Assembly: GCA_040954595.2 (NCBI GenBank)
Contig: CM082576.2
Location: 20,623,114 to 20,687,113, forward strand
Direction of reading: 5' to 3'
DNA: 64,000 nucleotides
Origin: Balanoglossus misakiensis
Taxonomy: Eukaryota > Animalia > Hemichordata
The translations under genes were made by a program, and so were the position numbers. This document shows positions 26,728 to 38,850 of this stretch, piece by piece. The notes beneath the pieces were generated by a model, which was given only the letters and a program-made list of their open reading frames with translations, was not told the origin of the DNA and ran no database searches. The number at the start of each line of letters is the position of its first letter. Position 1 is the stretch's first letter.

Positions 26728-29700
26728 TATACATTAGTGAAAATTGGGCAAACTGGTGTTTTCAGACAACTTATGAAGTCCTTGTCTCAATGGAGGTACC
26801 TGCCAACAACAGGTAAATTCTTGTACTGCCACAATTTGCATGTGCACAGAGTGTTACTAGGGAACCAGTTGTGAGACAAGTAAGTTTGAATCTGTAGCAG
26901 TTAATAATGATAATTATCATTTTTTTATTATGATTTAAACTTCACTGATGTTGTACAAACACAAAAATAGAAAGGGATAGCAGCTTAGCTCTATTCCGTT
27001 TCGAAAGTTTTTGTTCTTTTAAACTACCTGTGCATTTTTTTTATTTATTCTGATTATGCTAATATGCTAATTTGTCGGTTTGTCACATCACAATTTTTGT
27101 AGGAAACTCAGCCACTTACATACATTCATAATCACATGACATTGATGATCATGGAAAATTTGACCCTTTTCCTTGCAGGACTCAACCAGTGTCAACCAAA
27201 TCCGTGCCAGAATGGTGGCTTCTGTCAACCGGCTCGAAATTCCTGCTTTGATCTCACCTGCATATGTACTGGTTGCTACAAAGGTGATAGGTGTGAGATA
27301 TGTAAGTATACAGCGCAGTCTCTTTTACCTTTTGTCTCTGATGCATTCAAATACTGCATGTTTCCTGAGCATAGGTGTAGCCATCTCCACAGCAGAGCTT
27401 GGAGAGTTCTTGACATCGAATGCAAGATTACACTCTTTCCAATCAAAATCACTTTCGTGGCGCATAATGTCTTGATTGTCTTGGTTCAAGAAACATTATG
27501 CGCGACTGGCCAATTTTACTGCCTTTTGTCAACACACATCCACTATGGAAATTCTCACTCCAGGCCAGATAGTGTAAATTTACATATGAGTCTACAGGTG
27601 TGCTTGAAGTCAAGTCAAGCATTTGCAAGGAACCCTCCTCCAGTACACAGGTCTTTGATTTCATGAAGGGAAGCCCTTGCCTCACAGTCACTGCCACATG
27701 ATCTATGGAGGTGTGAACAACTTGATACCAGCCTAATATAAGTTGTAGGCACAATCACTCCACACACCCTTGCCATAATTCTGCAAGGTTTTTGCCATAT
27801 CTGTACTGTAGAATGAGTAGCAAGGAATAAAATGGCGTCCTTTCTTAATTTCCAGTGCAAAACCCCTGTGATCCCAACCCATGTATGAATGGTGGATTTT
27901 GCCAGCAAACATCGTGCAATTTCTATTCATGCCAGTATGTGAACTCTTACACAGGTGACATCTGTCAAACCATAGACCCTAGAGAAAGAAGGACGAGCAA
28001 CTGCGGCAAAGATCAAAGGGTTTGGGGATTATCTGTATGATGATGTTTTTTTGCATATAATTAACACCCAGGACAGTTGGACAATGACTTCCTTACTTCG
28101 GCACGTGTCGACCCCACCAGTGATGCGAAAACTTGCCACCAAACTGGCACTCCTGCATTTCAGCAGCCACTGCGTTTTTTTCTAAAATTCTAAAAGTATT
28201 ACGATGTCTGTGATAATTATTATGGTTTGGTGTTCGTCTGTCGGTTGAACGGTCATTTCTAGTGCCACAAGCTTCATTTAAAAATTGTAAACAAATCATC
28301 CATATTTTTTGCATGTCCGACTGGGCACTCATATTTCTTAGTAACGCTGACACTTTTCGTAATAATTTTATGTTTGCGTGAAGCATTGAAATAAAAATTG
28401 TGGTTTAGGGGCATTTTATTTCGCAGTGCGTGAACAATAAAACAGATTTCACGAAAACAATTTGTAAACAAACTGGGTGGATTATCATGTGTGCGCTATT
28501 GCCGCCAGGCAACCCTCGGTACGGTTAGCTCACAGCCTTGTGAAATACCCGGACTGTTAGACAAAAGATGCTTGTTTTGGACGCTGTCAGACTCAGATTC
28601 AAATTCCTGTTTAACTTGTCCAGATGTGTTCCATAAATAATCGCTGCGTTCAACCACGTTGCAGTTTTCTCGTCTTCTGCGAGATGTTCTGAGGTGTTGT
28701 GATAACTTCACGCAAAACACGAGACTTTGCGTTAGTTTATACACAGTTTATTTGCAAATTGGATTATTGGGATTTATCTGGAAATAATGTATGCAAAAGA
28801 ACATCATTTCAAGAAAAAACTGGAATTGCGCGTCCTTCTTTCTCTAGGGTCCATGGTCAAACAAGTGAGTATATACTTTCAAGACACCCTGCAAACAAAC
28901 AAGCAATCTTCATTCCGTAGATCTTTTAAGCTTATTTATACATTGTAAATTTTGATGTGAAACTTTATTGGTCTTGTTGCCAAACTTCTGAAGAAATGAG
29001 GATATTGTTTTGAAGGGTATTTTATCAGTAGGTAACAAATACCATGGCCCTCCATGCAAATACCCACATGGTAAATTAAAACTGTTACAGATGTATTTGA
29101 TTTCCACATATTGATTACATGTGGGATAATATTGGGTGCTGACAGTTTCAGTAAATGAACTGCTCTTAAAAGTTGGGCGTCAGGGCTACCTTGATTTTGC
29201 CTGTTCCAAGCTAGAATGGTCTGTCCATATGAATATTTGTTCAGCAAGTTACAAGCAATCTTTTAAGTTTGGAATGAAAAAATAGTGAAATGACTTGTGA
29301 TGTTAATATGCAATTGTTGGTTGATTTACATGCAACCCCCAGGACTCGATCAATGTGAGCCAATCAGTGGATCGTGCAGTGCGTTTACCTGTCGCTGTCA
29401 AGGCTGTTTCATTGGAATCACCTGTGACCAAGGTAAATTTATCAGACGAGTAACTGTTTTTCCCCCCTCATACCGGTATATTTGTCATAGCTGGCAGCTA
29501 TGAAATTACCTGTATATTTAGGATGTGACAAACCAAATAGGCACTTTCAGGAATTGAGTCTTTTTTGCAATTACCACAGTCCTAAACTCCCAAAAGTATA
29601 ATAAGTAATTCTTATTGTTCAGTTATACATTAAGGAGGCTTAGTTATAGGAGAACCCGATAGAACCACAGCTGTAGGAATTAAGGAAATGGTCATACCCT

Positions 29701-30962
29701 AAAAACTTATGTCACTACTATTTATTTTTTTTCATTCCATTGAAACAGAACAAACTCCATGTAGGCCAAGTCCATGCCTGAACAATGGGCAGTGTACTCG
29801 GCTGTCGTGTACAACTTATGAGTGTACTTGTCCAGGATGTTTCACCGGCACACACTGCAGCCAGTGTAAAACTCATTAAAACAAACGTTTTGTCATGCAG
29901 GAACTAACATTTACAATCATGTCTCAATACATTGTCTGTTGGTCATACTTTATATTTTCATCTTCAGCATCACACCTTTGGCCTTGGGAATCGTTCACCT
30001 CAAAAATGATGTGCAACTGAAAGAAAACATGTTTATTTGAAGAAAAAAATGTTGATCGTTCATGAAAATTTTCCCTACACAAGATACATATACAGAGATT
30101 TTCATAGCCCCACAAGTGCGTCCCAGAATGAGCAAGTTGTTTTTGGAAGTGAAGTTCCGTTCAGTATTTACAGTAATGGTAATGATGATGTTTTTATCAA
30201 ACAGATTTTGAAAGTAAATATTCCTGAGATAACATTAGGTTGCACTTTTTATTGCAGTCCAAGATCCATGCCAGCGAAACAGCTGTCTCAACGGGGCTGT
30301 ATGTAATGCAGTGGCCAACTCCTGCACGGCATATACCTGTGCCTGTACTGGTTGCTATGAGGGTAACCGTTGTGAAATATGTAAGTTTCTGACGTACCGT
30401 AAATGACAATCTTTTGGGCACTTTCTCTTCATGGCAATTGAATTGTGTGGTAACTTCTCATTTCTAAAATTTCCCCAAGAGAAAAGAAAGGAAAAGGAAA
30501 CAGAAATTTCATTTGTATGTCCGTGCAATTTAGGATAGGCACGAACTTGTGAGGAAGTGTACGAAGCTGGATGTTTTCATCACTCAAATATACAAGAGTT
30601 GCCTCTTGAAGACTAGTGTCTGTAGAGATAATTGTGCATGTGAGGTAATTTCTCCTAAGGTGGTGCACACATCTGTTTATTAAGTAAAAGGGACGTCCTT
30701 AATTATCCTTACTATTTGGCTTGAAAAATCAATCTTACTAGGTGTTCTGATTAGAGAGGTGTCCATAAAGAGAGGTTTTACTGTATTACCCAAAAATAGA
30801 GACATTGTCCCTTCATCATATACTTAATGCGTGTTCTGGGTATGGTTCCAGTATAATGCTTGTGTCAAAGGATTTTGTTGTGGTGCAGGAATCATCTTTA
30901 GTTGAGGTGTAGCCATCTGCATTTCATGTTTTTTAAACCATTTTTTTTCTGATAGTCATTAA

Positions 30963-31554
30963 AGCCTCAGTATTTCTCGTAGGGGCAAAATTTTGTTTGA
31001 AACGGCATCTATAATTTATAAAAGTAGATGATAATTGATACTGAATCGAACAGTCATCATCCCCAGCTCTGCTCATAAACTCATACAATTTACAATATAA
31101 CGGGTGAAGAATGACTTTCTGTCCGGACAGAAAGTCAGGCTGTGTTGACACACGTGACTAGTGCGCATGCGCACTCAAATGTGAATCTATGCGGAAGAGG
31201 TTTGGTCGCCCCAAATCAAGCGACTCAGCGAAGAAATGCGCACTAATTCGGCGAAATTTTGGGAAGATAACTTTATGGGAGAAATCAGTCGATGGAACCA
31301 GATCAAATCCGAAAAAGGTCTGACCATCAAATGTCAAAGTGGCACGTTTGCTGATCGACATGTACAACATTTCCGTTGTAAACAAACCCGCGCATCATTT
31401 CAAGTGTTACGGGCAATATTTACAGCTTGCACGTAGCTACAGTTGCCCAAACCTTTCTTCTATCTTCATTATGTAGTATTCCATGATGAATGTACAGGAA
31501 AAACGGGCATTTTTCGATGATGAAAAATGGATAAACACGAGAAATACTGGGGCT
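30963..31554. mobile_element. Kolobok-like non-autonomous transposon inserted in an EGF exon, copy B only
   Basis: TTAA|AGCCTCAGTATTTCTCGT...ACGAGAAATACTGGGGCT|TTAA. The empty site gtcattaacccatg is at ~13941. Confidence 0.9.
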
Positions 31555-32877
31555 TTAACCCATGTGATCAGAATCTGTGTCAAAATGGAGGCTATTGTTC
31601 CCAAACACCAAATTCTTATACTGACTACACCAGTTACTGCCAGTAGTGTTGGACGGGGGCCATCTGTGCCGTAGGTGTGTCGAATTCAACTGTTTTATGA
31701 CACAGCGTGGTATATAAACCCTCATTTTTGGTATTCTCAATGTGATAGATGGACCCGTACACCAATAAATGGGGTGGAAGCATTACAAAGTTTCATCCTT
31801 TCAAAATTTGCTGATGTAGGGTCAAAATTGAGTGTGAGGTGCACGTTAAAAAGGAAAGCCTTCTGTATCATGTTGATGGCACATTTTTTAATTTTTCAAG
31901 ATTCTTACAGAAAAATCCTAGCATCATTATGTTATTTTAAATGTACAGGTTTGAAACAAGGAATGAAGACATTGCTCACTTATATAATTTAAACAAAATG
32001 AACATCACAAGTACATGTACAAGTTTTTGACAAGCAGGTCATTGATACTTTCATTTTTGTTTTGGCAGCCATTGATCAGTTATACTCTATGCCTTGTCAA
32101 AATGTGGTGGCACATGCGTTGCGTGAGACGGCTGTTTCCAGTTTGACTGTATGTGTGCCGAATGCTTCACTGGTGCCACATGTACAATGCGTAAGTACAA
32201 ACCAATATTATTTTATTCAATGCAAAACACTTGTTATGTATTATATAATATAAATATGGTACACATATTAAAGCCCTGGTAACTCAAACTTTGGGCTAGC
32301 TTAATGTTATCACTATTTTCGTTTTCGGTTGCAACTGTGGTTTCTTGTCGCACTCTAAAGGATTTCACAGCATTTGGTTTTTCAAAACAGCCCTTTGGTT
32401 GTTGTCAGGTATACATGTACACGACTGCTGAGTGTAGTTTGTAGATTCTGTAATTTTGACAATACCTTGACTGCACTGTTCTAGTGATTTTCTGTAGATT
32501 TTAATTCCTGCTTTTTCAAAATAATGTTCAGAAGTTCTCAGCTTTCTCAACAACCCATACAGGAAACCGGCAATGGTGTGGATGTTCACATCCCATTTAT
32601 TTTGATGGGCCTTTATCAGTGAATTTGTGTGTCTGTGTGTTTCAGTGCTTTGAGCCTATAGTGATGTTTTCCTGCTCAATATTCTTTCTTTTTGTCTATA
32701 CAGGAATCAACCAGACAACCAGTGTGTACCCTCTCCTTGCCTAAACAGTGGAATTTGCTCGCAAGTACCGGGTTCCTGTACACAGTTTACATGTTATTGT
32801 TTCAACTGCTCTACTGGTGACACATGCACTGACCGTAAGCCTATAACCCCAATTTCTATGGTTTTCTGTAACATTTT

Positions 32878-35800
32878 AACATTTATTATTAGAGAGTGAT
32901 GCAGAGAGAGAATGGGATGGAGAGAGGGGGAGGAGAAGAGAGAGTTCAAGGGTCAAGGGTTAGAGTTCAAGGGTCTAAGGTCAAGGGTTGGAGATCAAGG
33001 GTCAAGGGTTAGAGTTCAAGGGTCTAAGGTCAAGGGTTGGAGATCAAGAGTCAAGGGTAAGAGTTCAAGGGTCAAGGGTTAGCGTTCAAGGGTCAAAGTT
33101 CAAGGGTCAAAGTTCAAGGGTTAAGTTAAAGAGTTGGAGATCGAGGTCAAAGGGTCAAGGGTAAGAGCTCAAGGGTCAAGGGTTGGAGTTCATGGGTCAA
33201 AGGTTCAATGGTTAGAGTCCAAGGTTCAAGGGGTCAAGGGTTAGAGTTAAAGAGTTGGAGATCGAGGGTCAAGGGTAAGAGCTCAAGGGTCAAGGGTTAG
33301 AGTTCATGGGTCAAACATTCAATGGTTAGAGTCCAAGGTTCAAGGGGTCAAAGATCAAGGGTTAGAGTTCAATGGTCAAAGGTCAAGGGTTAGAGTTCAA
33401 GAGTTGGAGATCGAGGGTCAAGGGGGTCAAGGGTATGAGCACAAGGATCAAGGGTTAGAGTTCAATGGTCAAGGGGTCAAGGGTCAAGGATTTGAGTTCA
33501 ACGGTCAAGGGTTAAAGTTCACGAGCCAATGATTTGAGTTCAAGGGTCAAAGGTCAAGGGTATGAGTTCAAGAGTTGGAGATCGAGGGTCAAGGGGGTCA
33601 AGGGTCAAGGGTATGAGCACAAGGATCAAGGGTTAGAGTTCAATGGTCGAGGGGTCAAGGGTCAAGGATTTGAGTTCAACGGTCAAGGGTTAGAGTTCAA
33701 GAGCCAAGGATTTGAGTTCAAGGGTCAAAGGTCAAGGGTTAGAGTTCAAGGGGTCAAGGTCAAGGATTATAGTTGATGGGTCAACAGTTGGCGTTCAAGG
33801 ATTAGAGTTTAATGGTCAAGGGTTCTAGGGTCAAGGGTTTAAAGGTCAAGCATTAAGGGTCAGTTGTCAAGTTTAGGGTTTAAGGGTCAAGAGTTTAGTT
33901 TCAAGGGTCAAGGGTTGGAGTTCATGGGTCAGAGGTTCAATGGTTAGAGTCCAAGGTTCAAGGGGTCAAGGATCAAGGGTTAGAGTTCAATGGTCAAGGG
34001 GTCAAGGATTTGAGTTCAACAGTCATAGGGTTAGAGTTCACGAGCCAATGATTTGGGTTCAAGGGTCAAAGGTCAAGGGTACGAGTTCAAGAGTTGGAGA
34101 TCGAGGGTCAAGGGTCAAGGGTATGAGCACAAGGATCAAGGGTTAGAGTTCAATGGTCGAGGGGTCAAGGGTCAAGGATTTGAGTTCAAGGGTCAAAGGT
34201 CAAGGGTTAGAGTTCAAGGGGTCAAGGGGCAAAGGTCAAGGATTATAGTTGATGGGTCAACAGTTGGCGTTCAAGGGTTAGAGTTTAATGGTCAAGGGTT
34301 CTAGGGTCAAGGGTTTAAAGGTCAAGCATTAAGGGTCAGTTGTCAAGTTTAGGGTTTAAGGGTCAAGAGTTTAGCTTCAAGGGTCAAGGGTTAGATTTCA
34401 AGGGTCAAAGGTCGAGGGTTAGAGATCAAATGTCAAGGGTAAGAGTTCAAGGGTCAAATGTTAGTGTTCAAGGGTTAGAGTTCAAGGGTCAAAGGTCAAG
34501 GGTTAGAGATCAAGAGTCAAGGGTAAGAGTTCAAGGGTCAAATGTTAGAGTTCAAGGGTCAAGGGTTAGAGTTCAATGGTCAAAGGTCAAGGGTTAGAGT
34601 TGAAGAGTTGGAGATCGAGGGTCAAGGGGTCAAGAGTAAGAGCTCAAGGGTCAAGGGTTGGAGTTCATGGGTCAGAGGTTCAATGGTTTGAGTCCAAGGT
34701 TTAAGGGGTCAAGGATTAGAGTTCAAGGGTCAAAGGTCAAGGGTTTGAGTTCAAGAGTTGGAGATCGAGGGTCAAGGGGGTCAAGGGTTAGAGTCCAAGG
34801 TTCAAGGGGTCAAGGATCAAGGGTTAGAGTTCAATGGTCAAGGGGTCCTGGGTCAAGAATTTGAGTTCAAGGGTCAAAGGTCAAGAGTTAGAGTTCATGA
34901 GCCAAGGATTTGAGTTCAAGGGTTAGAGTTCACGAGTTGGAGATCAAGGGTCAAAGGTCAAGGATTATAGTTGATGGGTCAACAGTTGACGTTCAAGGGT
35001 TAGAGTTTAAGGGTCAACGGTTAAAGGGTCAAGCATTAAAGGTCAGTTGTCAAGTTTAGGGTTTAAGGGTCAAGAGTTTTTTTCAAGGGTCAAAGGTCAA
35101 AGGTCAAAAGTTAGAGATCAAATGTCAAGGGTAAGAGTTCAAGGGTCAAGGGTAAGAGTTAAGGGTCAAGGGTAAGAGCTCATGGGTCAAGGGTTGGAGT
35201 TCATGGGTCAAAGGTTCAATGGTTAGAGTCCAAGGTTAAAGTGGTCAAGGGGTCATAGGTCAAGGGTTAGAATTTAAGTGTTGGAGATCGCGGGTCAAGG
35301 GGTCAAGGGTCAAGGATTATAGTTGATGGGTCAACAGTTGGCGTTCAAGGGTTAGAGTTTAATGGTCAAGGGTTTAAAGGTGAAGCAGGGTCAGTGGTAA
35401 GGTTCAAGGGTCAAGAGTTTTGGGTTCAAGGGTCAAAGGTCAAGGGTGAGAGATCATGACTCAAGGGTCAAATGTTAGAGTTCAAGAGTGAAGGATTAGA
35501 GTTCAAGGGTCAAAGGTCAAGGGTCAAAGATCAAGGATTATAGTTGATGGGTCAACAGTTGGCGTTCAAGGGTTAGAGTTTAATGGTCAAGGGTTCTAGG
35601 GTCAAGCATTAAGGCTCAGTTGTCAAGTTTAGGGTTTAACATTTATTATTAGAGAGTGATGGAGAGAGAGAATGGGATGGAGAGTGAGGGGGAGGAGAAA
35701 AGAGAGTTCAAGGGTTAGAGTTCAAGGGTCAAAGATCAAGGGTTAGAGATCAATAGTCAAGGGTAAGAGTTCAAGGGTCAAAGGTCAAGGGTTAGAGTTA

Positions 35801-38452
35801 AAAGAGTTGGAGATTGAGGGTCAAAGGTTCAAGGGTAAGAGCTCAAGGGTCAAGGGTTGGAGTTCATGGGTCAAAGGTTCAATGGCCAGAGTCCAAGGTT
35901 CAAGGGGTCAAGAGTTAGAGTTCAAGAGTTGGAGATCGAGGGTCAAGGGGTCAAGGGTAAGAGCTCAAGGGTCAAGGGTTAGAGTTCATGGGTCAAAGGT
36001 TCAATGGTTAGAGTCCAAGGATCAAGGGTTAGAGTTCAATGGTCAAGGGTCAAGGGTTAGAGTTCAAGAGTTTTAGATCGAGGGTCAAGGTGGTCAAGGG
36101 TCAAGGCTATGAGCACAAGGATCAAGGGTTAGAGTTCAATGGTCAAGGGGTCAAGGGTCAAGGATTTGAGTTCAACGGTCAAGGGTTAGAGTTCACCAGC
36201 CAAGGATTTGAGTTCTAGGGTCAAAGGTCAAGGGTTAGAGTTCAAGAGTTGGAGATCAAGGGGTCAAGGGTCAAAGGTCAAGGATTACAGTTGATGGGTC
36301 AACAGTTGGCGTTCAAGGGTTAGAGTTTAATGGTCAAGGGTTCAAGGGTTAGAGATCAAGAATCAAGGGTAAGAGTTCAAGGGTCAAATGTTAGAGTTCA
36401 AAGGTCAAGGGTTAGAGTTCAAGGGTCGAGGGTTGGAGTTCATGGGTTAGAGGTTCAATGGTTAGAGTCCAAGGTTCAAGCGGTATAGGATCAAGGATTA
36501 GAGGTCAAGGGTTAGAGTTTAAGAGTTGGAGATCGAGGGTCAAGGGTCAAAGGTCAATGATTATAGTTGATGGGTCAACAGTTGGCGTTCAAGGGTTAGA
36601 GTTTAATGGTCAAGGGTTAGGGTTAGGGTTTTGGGTTCAAGGGTTAGATTTCAATGGTCAAAGGTCAAGGGTTAGAGTTCACGAGCCAAGGGTTAGAGTT
36701 CAAGCAACAAAGGTCAGGGGTATGAGTTCAAGAGTTGGAGATCAAGGGTCAAAGGGGTCAAGGGTCAAGGGTATGAGCACAAGGATCAAGGGTTAGAGTT
36801 CAATGGTCAAAGGGTCAAGGGTCAAGGATTTGAGTTCAACGGTCAACGGTTAGAGTTCACGAGCCAAGGTTTGAGTTCAAGGGTCAAAGGTCAAGGGTAA
36901 GAGTTCAAGGGGTCAAGGTCAAGGATTATAGTTGATGGGTCAACAGTTGGCGTTCAAGGGTAAGAGTTTAATGGTCAAGGGTTCTAGGGTCAAGGGTTTA
37001 AAGATCAAGCATTAAGGGTCAGTTGTCGAGTTTAGGGTTTAAGGGTCAAGAGTTTAGTTTCAAGGGTCAAGGGTTGGAGTTCATGGGTCAGAGGTTCAAT
37101 GGTTAGAGTTCAAGAGTTGGAGATCGAGGGTCAAGGGTCAAGGGTATGAGCACAAGGATCAAGGGTTAGAGTTCAATCGTCAAGGGGTCAAGGGTCAAGG
37201 ATTTGAGTTCAACGGTCAAGGGTTAGAGTTCACGAGCCAATGATTTGGGTTCAAGGGTCAAAGGTCAAGGGTACGAGTTCAAGAGTTGGAGATTGAGGGT
37301 CAAGGGGGTCAAGGGTCAAGGGTATGAGCACAAGGATCAAGGGTTAGAGTTCAATGGTCGAGGGGTCAAGGGTCAAGGATTTGAGTTCAACGGCCAAGGG
37401 TTAGAGTTCACGAGCCAAGGTTTGAGTTCAAGGGTCAAAGGTCAAGGGTAAGAGTTCAAGGGGTCAAGGTCAAGGATTATAGTTGATGGGTCAACAGTTG
37501 GCGTTCAAGGGTTAGAGTTTAATGGTCAAGGGTTCTAGGGTCAAGGGTTAAAAGGTCAAGCATTAAGGGTCAGTTGTCGAGTTTAGGGTTTAAGGGTCAA
37601 GAGTTTAGTTTCAAGGGTCAAGGGTTGGAGTTCATGGGTCAGAGGTTCAATGGTTAGAGTCCAAGTTTCAAGGGGTCAAGGATCAAGGGTTAGAGTTCAA
37701 TGGTCAAAGGTCAAGGGTTAGAGTTCAAGAGTTGGAGATCGAGGGTCAAGGGTCAAGGGTATGAGCACAAGGATCAAGGGTTAGAGTTCAATCATCAAGG
37801 GGTCAAGGGTCAAGGATTTGAGTTCAACGGTCAAGGGTTAGAGTTCACGAGCCAATGATTTGGGTTCAAGGGTCAAAGGTCAAGGGTACGAGTTCAAGAG
37901 TTGGAGATTGAGGGTCAAGGGGGTCAAGGGTTAAGTGTATGAGCACAAGGATCAAGGGTTAGAGTTCAATGGTTGAGGGGTCAAGGGTCAAGGATTTGAG
38001 TTCAATGGTCAAAGGTCAAGGGTTAGAGTTCAAGGGGTCAAGGCGCAAAGGTCAAGGATTATAGTTGATGGGTCAACAGTTGGCGTTCAAGGGTGAGAGT
38101 TTAATGGTCAAGGGTTCTAGGGTCAAGGGTTTAAAGGTCAAGCATTAAGGGTCAGTTGTCAAGTTTAGGGTTTAATGGTCAAGAGTTTAGTTTCAAGGGT
38201 CAAATGTTAGAGTTCAAGGGTTAGAGTTCAAGGGTCAAAGGTCAAGGGTTATTTATCAAGAGTCAAGGGTAAGAGTTCAAGGGTCAAATGTTAGAGTTCA
38301 AGGGTCAAGGGTTAGAGTTCAATGGTCAAGGGTTAGAGTTCAAGAGTTGGAGAGTCAAGGGGTCAAGGGTAAGAGCTCAAGGGTCAAGGGTTGGAGTTCA
38401 TGGGTCAGAGGTTCAATGGTTTGTGTCCTAGGTTCAAGGGGTCAATGATTCG
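32878..38452 (+). repeat. Heptamer-based G-rich satellite (TCAAGGG/TCAAAGG/TTAGAGT) in two blocks, each opened by the same purine-rich header
   Basis: Recurrent gggtcaaaggtcaagggttagagttcaa. The header aacatttattattagagagtgatg.agagagagaatgggatggaga occurs at ~32878 and ~35638. Confidence 0.95.
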
Positions 38453-38679
38453 AGTGACCTTTGACTTACTTTCCCATATCTCAGCATCCAGAGCAGTTAG
38501 ACCCCTGGCGTTTGGGATGATTGAGCACACAATGGAGTCTTTATACACGAAATTTTGTGACCTTAGGGAAGCCTTTCACTTCGATGTACAATTTCTTCTT
38601 TCTTCAGTTCATTAAAATTGTTGCCTATTGAGCCGATTCACCTATTGTGTACGTGTGTTCATTTAATAAAAGGAATATT

Positions 38680-38850
38680 TCAAATCAAATTGAAATAAAT
38701 GAAATTAAATTAAATCGAAATCATATTAATGTTATAAAATTAAATTAGAGTAAAATAAATTATATTAAATTAAATCAAATAAAAATCAAATTAAATCAAA
38801 ACAAAACAAATTAATTAAAATACATTATATTAAATAATCAAATTAAGTTA
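38680..38850 (+). repeat. Degenerate (AAATT/AAATC)n low-complexity spacer
   Basis: aaatcaaattgaaataaatgaaattaaattaaatc... Confidence 0.8.

Larger units (their letters stand above)
20334..32476 (+). repeat. Segmental duplication of ~4106-14866
   Basis: Continuous alignment by eye from ggctgcagaattcagggc (4106/20334) to cttgactgcac (14866/32476), with copy-specific indels. Confidence 0.95.
23311..32834 (+). pseudogene. Copy B of the Cys-rich/EGF multi-exon locus, truncated by the satellite
   Basis: Colinear high-identity match to 5843-14866 (e.g. ORF pairs 10577/27136, 11371/27855, 13184/30197). An additional EGF exon lies at 32704-32834 (DNQCVPSPCLNSGICSQVPGSCTQFTCYCFNCSTGDTCTD). Confidence 0.85.

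Noticed and set aside
33534-38615. Many ORFs rich in QG/SRV/KG (also 54546-59540)
   Set aside because: These are chance frames in a heptamer satellite, short and without domain motifs.
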